Shown here: one piece after another, positions 62,637 through 64,000 of the stretch
How positions within the stretch are numbered: the first letter of the stretch is position 1
Layout: each line of letters begins with the position of its first letter
Origin: Stylophora pistillata
Lineage: Eukaryota
Assembly (NCBI RefSeq): GCF_002571385.2
Contig: NW_019217809.1
Location: forward strand, 301,625 to 365,624
Direction: 5' to 3'
DNA: 64,000 nt
Made by a program: the position numbers and the translations under genes
Notes under the pieces: model-generated
Told to the model about the DNA's origin: nothing
The model's input: only the letters and a program-made list of their open reading frames with translations
Database searches by the model: none

Positions 62637-64000
62637 CCTTTATTCCAGTTTTGGAGAATTTTTTTCCTTGTTTAAAAACTGATAATAGTTGTGGCAACAA
62701 TTTCTGGCGTGAGAGAAATTCAATACTGCAGTTTGTGATCTATATCCTCCAATTTTGACATTTTTTACTGTCTAGGACCGACTCCATGCACCGTTTAAAT
62801 ACGTTGGCGTCATTTGAATTCTTATAGACATCAGCCTTTTCCGCTAAAGCTGTTGATCATTCGCAAAGTTGTAGGTAAAATTGCGCTCATGAGAACTGAA
62901 GAGAAATTACTTATCTAAAGACAAAATGGACTGTAAAATTGCGTGAGATAGCAGAACGGGCGAAAGGTTACCAAAACATCATGTGGTTAACTCTCAAGAT
63001 TCCAAAGAGTTTATTAGGATTAATCCGGTAGGAAATAGCGTGCTCTCGGATGAGATCAATCATCTCAGTTTTAGAATTCTAACGCTCACTAAGCCGATTC
63101 TTTTAACTGATTATCTTAATAGTTTTTACTGAGAATTTGGTGTTACATCAGTGTAATAGTTCGACAGTGTATTCAAACTGTTAGGATAACTTATACACGC
63201 TGATCGATCGCGATCCCTGGTGTTAGAGGTCACTTTATTTTTGTCAACCGATAATTGGACTGGTTATTAAAACTTACCTAGAGAATTAGCTTTGCACGTG
63301 CAAGCTTTCAACAGAGAAGCGGATAGTATGACATTTCAGTGGCAGAGGTTAAGACTCGCTAAGCGCCGAAACCTTGGTTTGAGAATCTGCGAGACCGAGA
63401 AAGAAGAACTTTTGACATACATCTATTAACTTTTACCTTCGCTTAATTTCATTCATTGCAAGGTACTTCTTTGAAGAAACATCTGGCGTTAGAATTGCAC
63501 GACACTTCACTTTTTTTTTTTTTTTTGTGATAATCAGCTTCTATCCAACGTACACGACAGCAATCGAAACCGTAACAGTAATATTGAGACTCGCGGTTTT
63601 CAGAACAACTTCGAGGATTTGAGAACTTTGAAAAAAAATACGAGAGCCTTTAAAATAGAAATCACGAGGAAGAGAAAAAGGATAAAGTGCTCGGTTGAAC
63701 CGAGACTTGAAAATCCTGCTGCAAATTGTGACGAGATTTTCAAGAGTGAATGGAGAGTTTGCGAGATCCAAGAATTTTCAAGTCCTGTTTGCCATTCCTT
63801 GGGGTGGCAACCTGAAGCAAAGCCAATTTTTAAATATTTTAACTATTCATTCTTCCTTAAAGGCGTTTCCAATGTTTCGCACACTTCTTTGATAAAGAAT
63901 TGAAATTGATGCATCAACAGCTAGCATCAGTGCATTTTTTCAGAGGGAATTTAGTACTCACAATTTTTGTCTGTGGGTTTTCAAGGTCTATCGCTCTTGG

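Overview
AT-rich, intron-containing animal DNA from a draft scaffold with three N gaps; the gene families and repeat types suggest a cnidarian, probably a stony coral (inference). Host genes, reconstructed by eye from GT-AG boundaries and phase continuity: the 5' exons of a secreted PA14-domain protein (-); an intact 3-exon PAN/apple plus ADEL-like lectin gene (-) and a pseudogenised paralog; a secretin/adhesion-class 7TM receptor (-) and a deleted paralog remnant; an 11-exon two-PDZ (MPDZ/PATJ-like) gene (+); a melatonin-receptor-like class A GPCR with a stop codon at the end of TM1 (+); and an intronless Tctex1-domain dynein light chain (+). Much of the rest is mobile DNA. This includes an R4/Dong-like RLE retroelement end in the (TAA)n tail of an L2-like LINE, and a 9.2 kb decayed Sola3 transposon (TTAA TSD) nested in a Harbinger-like MITE and carrying further insertions. 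There is also a full-length Ty3/gypsy element with 98-bp LTRs, a non-autonomous Sola3, several MITEs and SINEs, and a minimal hammerhead-like motif. The most unusual structure is a head-to-tail array of 247-bp units, each carrying a tRNA-Thr(AGT)-like cassette. The array has an inverted 5' segment and is bracketed by a 10-12 bp direct repeat, like a retrozyme or Penelope-type insertion with a tRNA mimic in place of a ribozyme.
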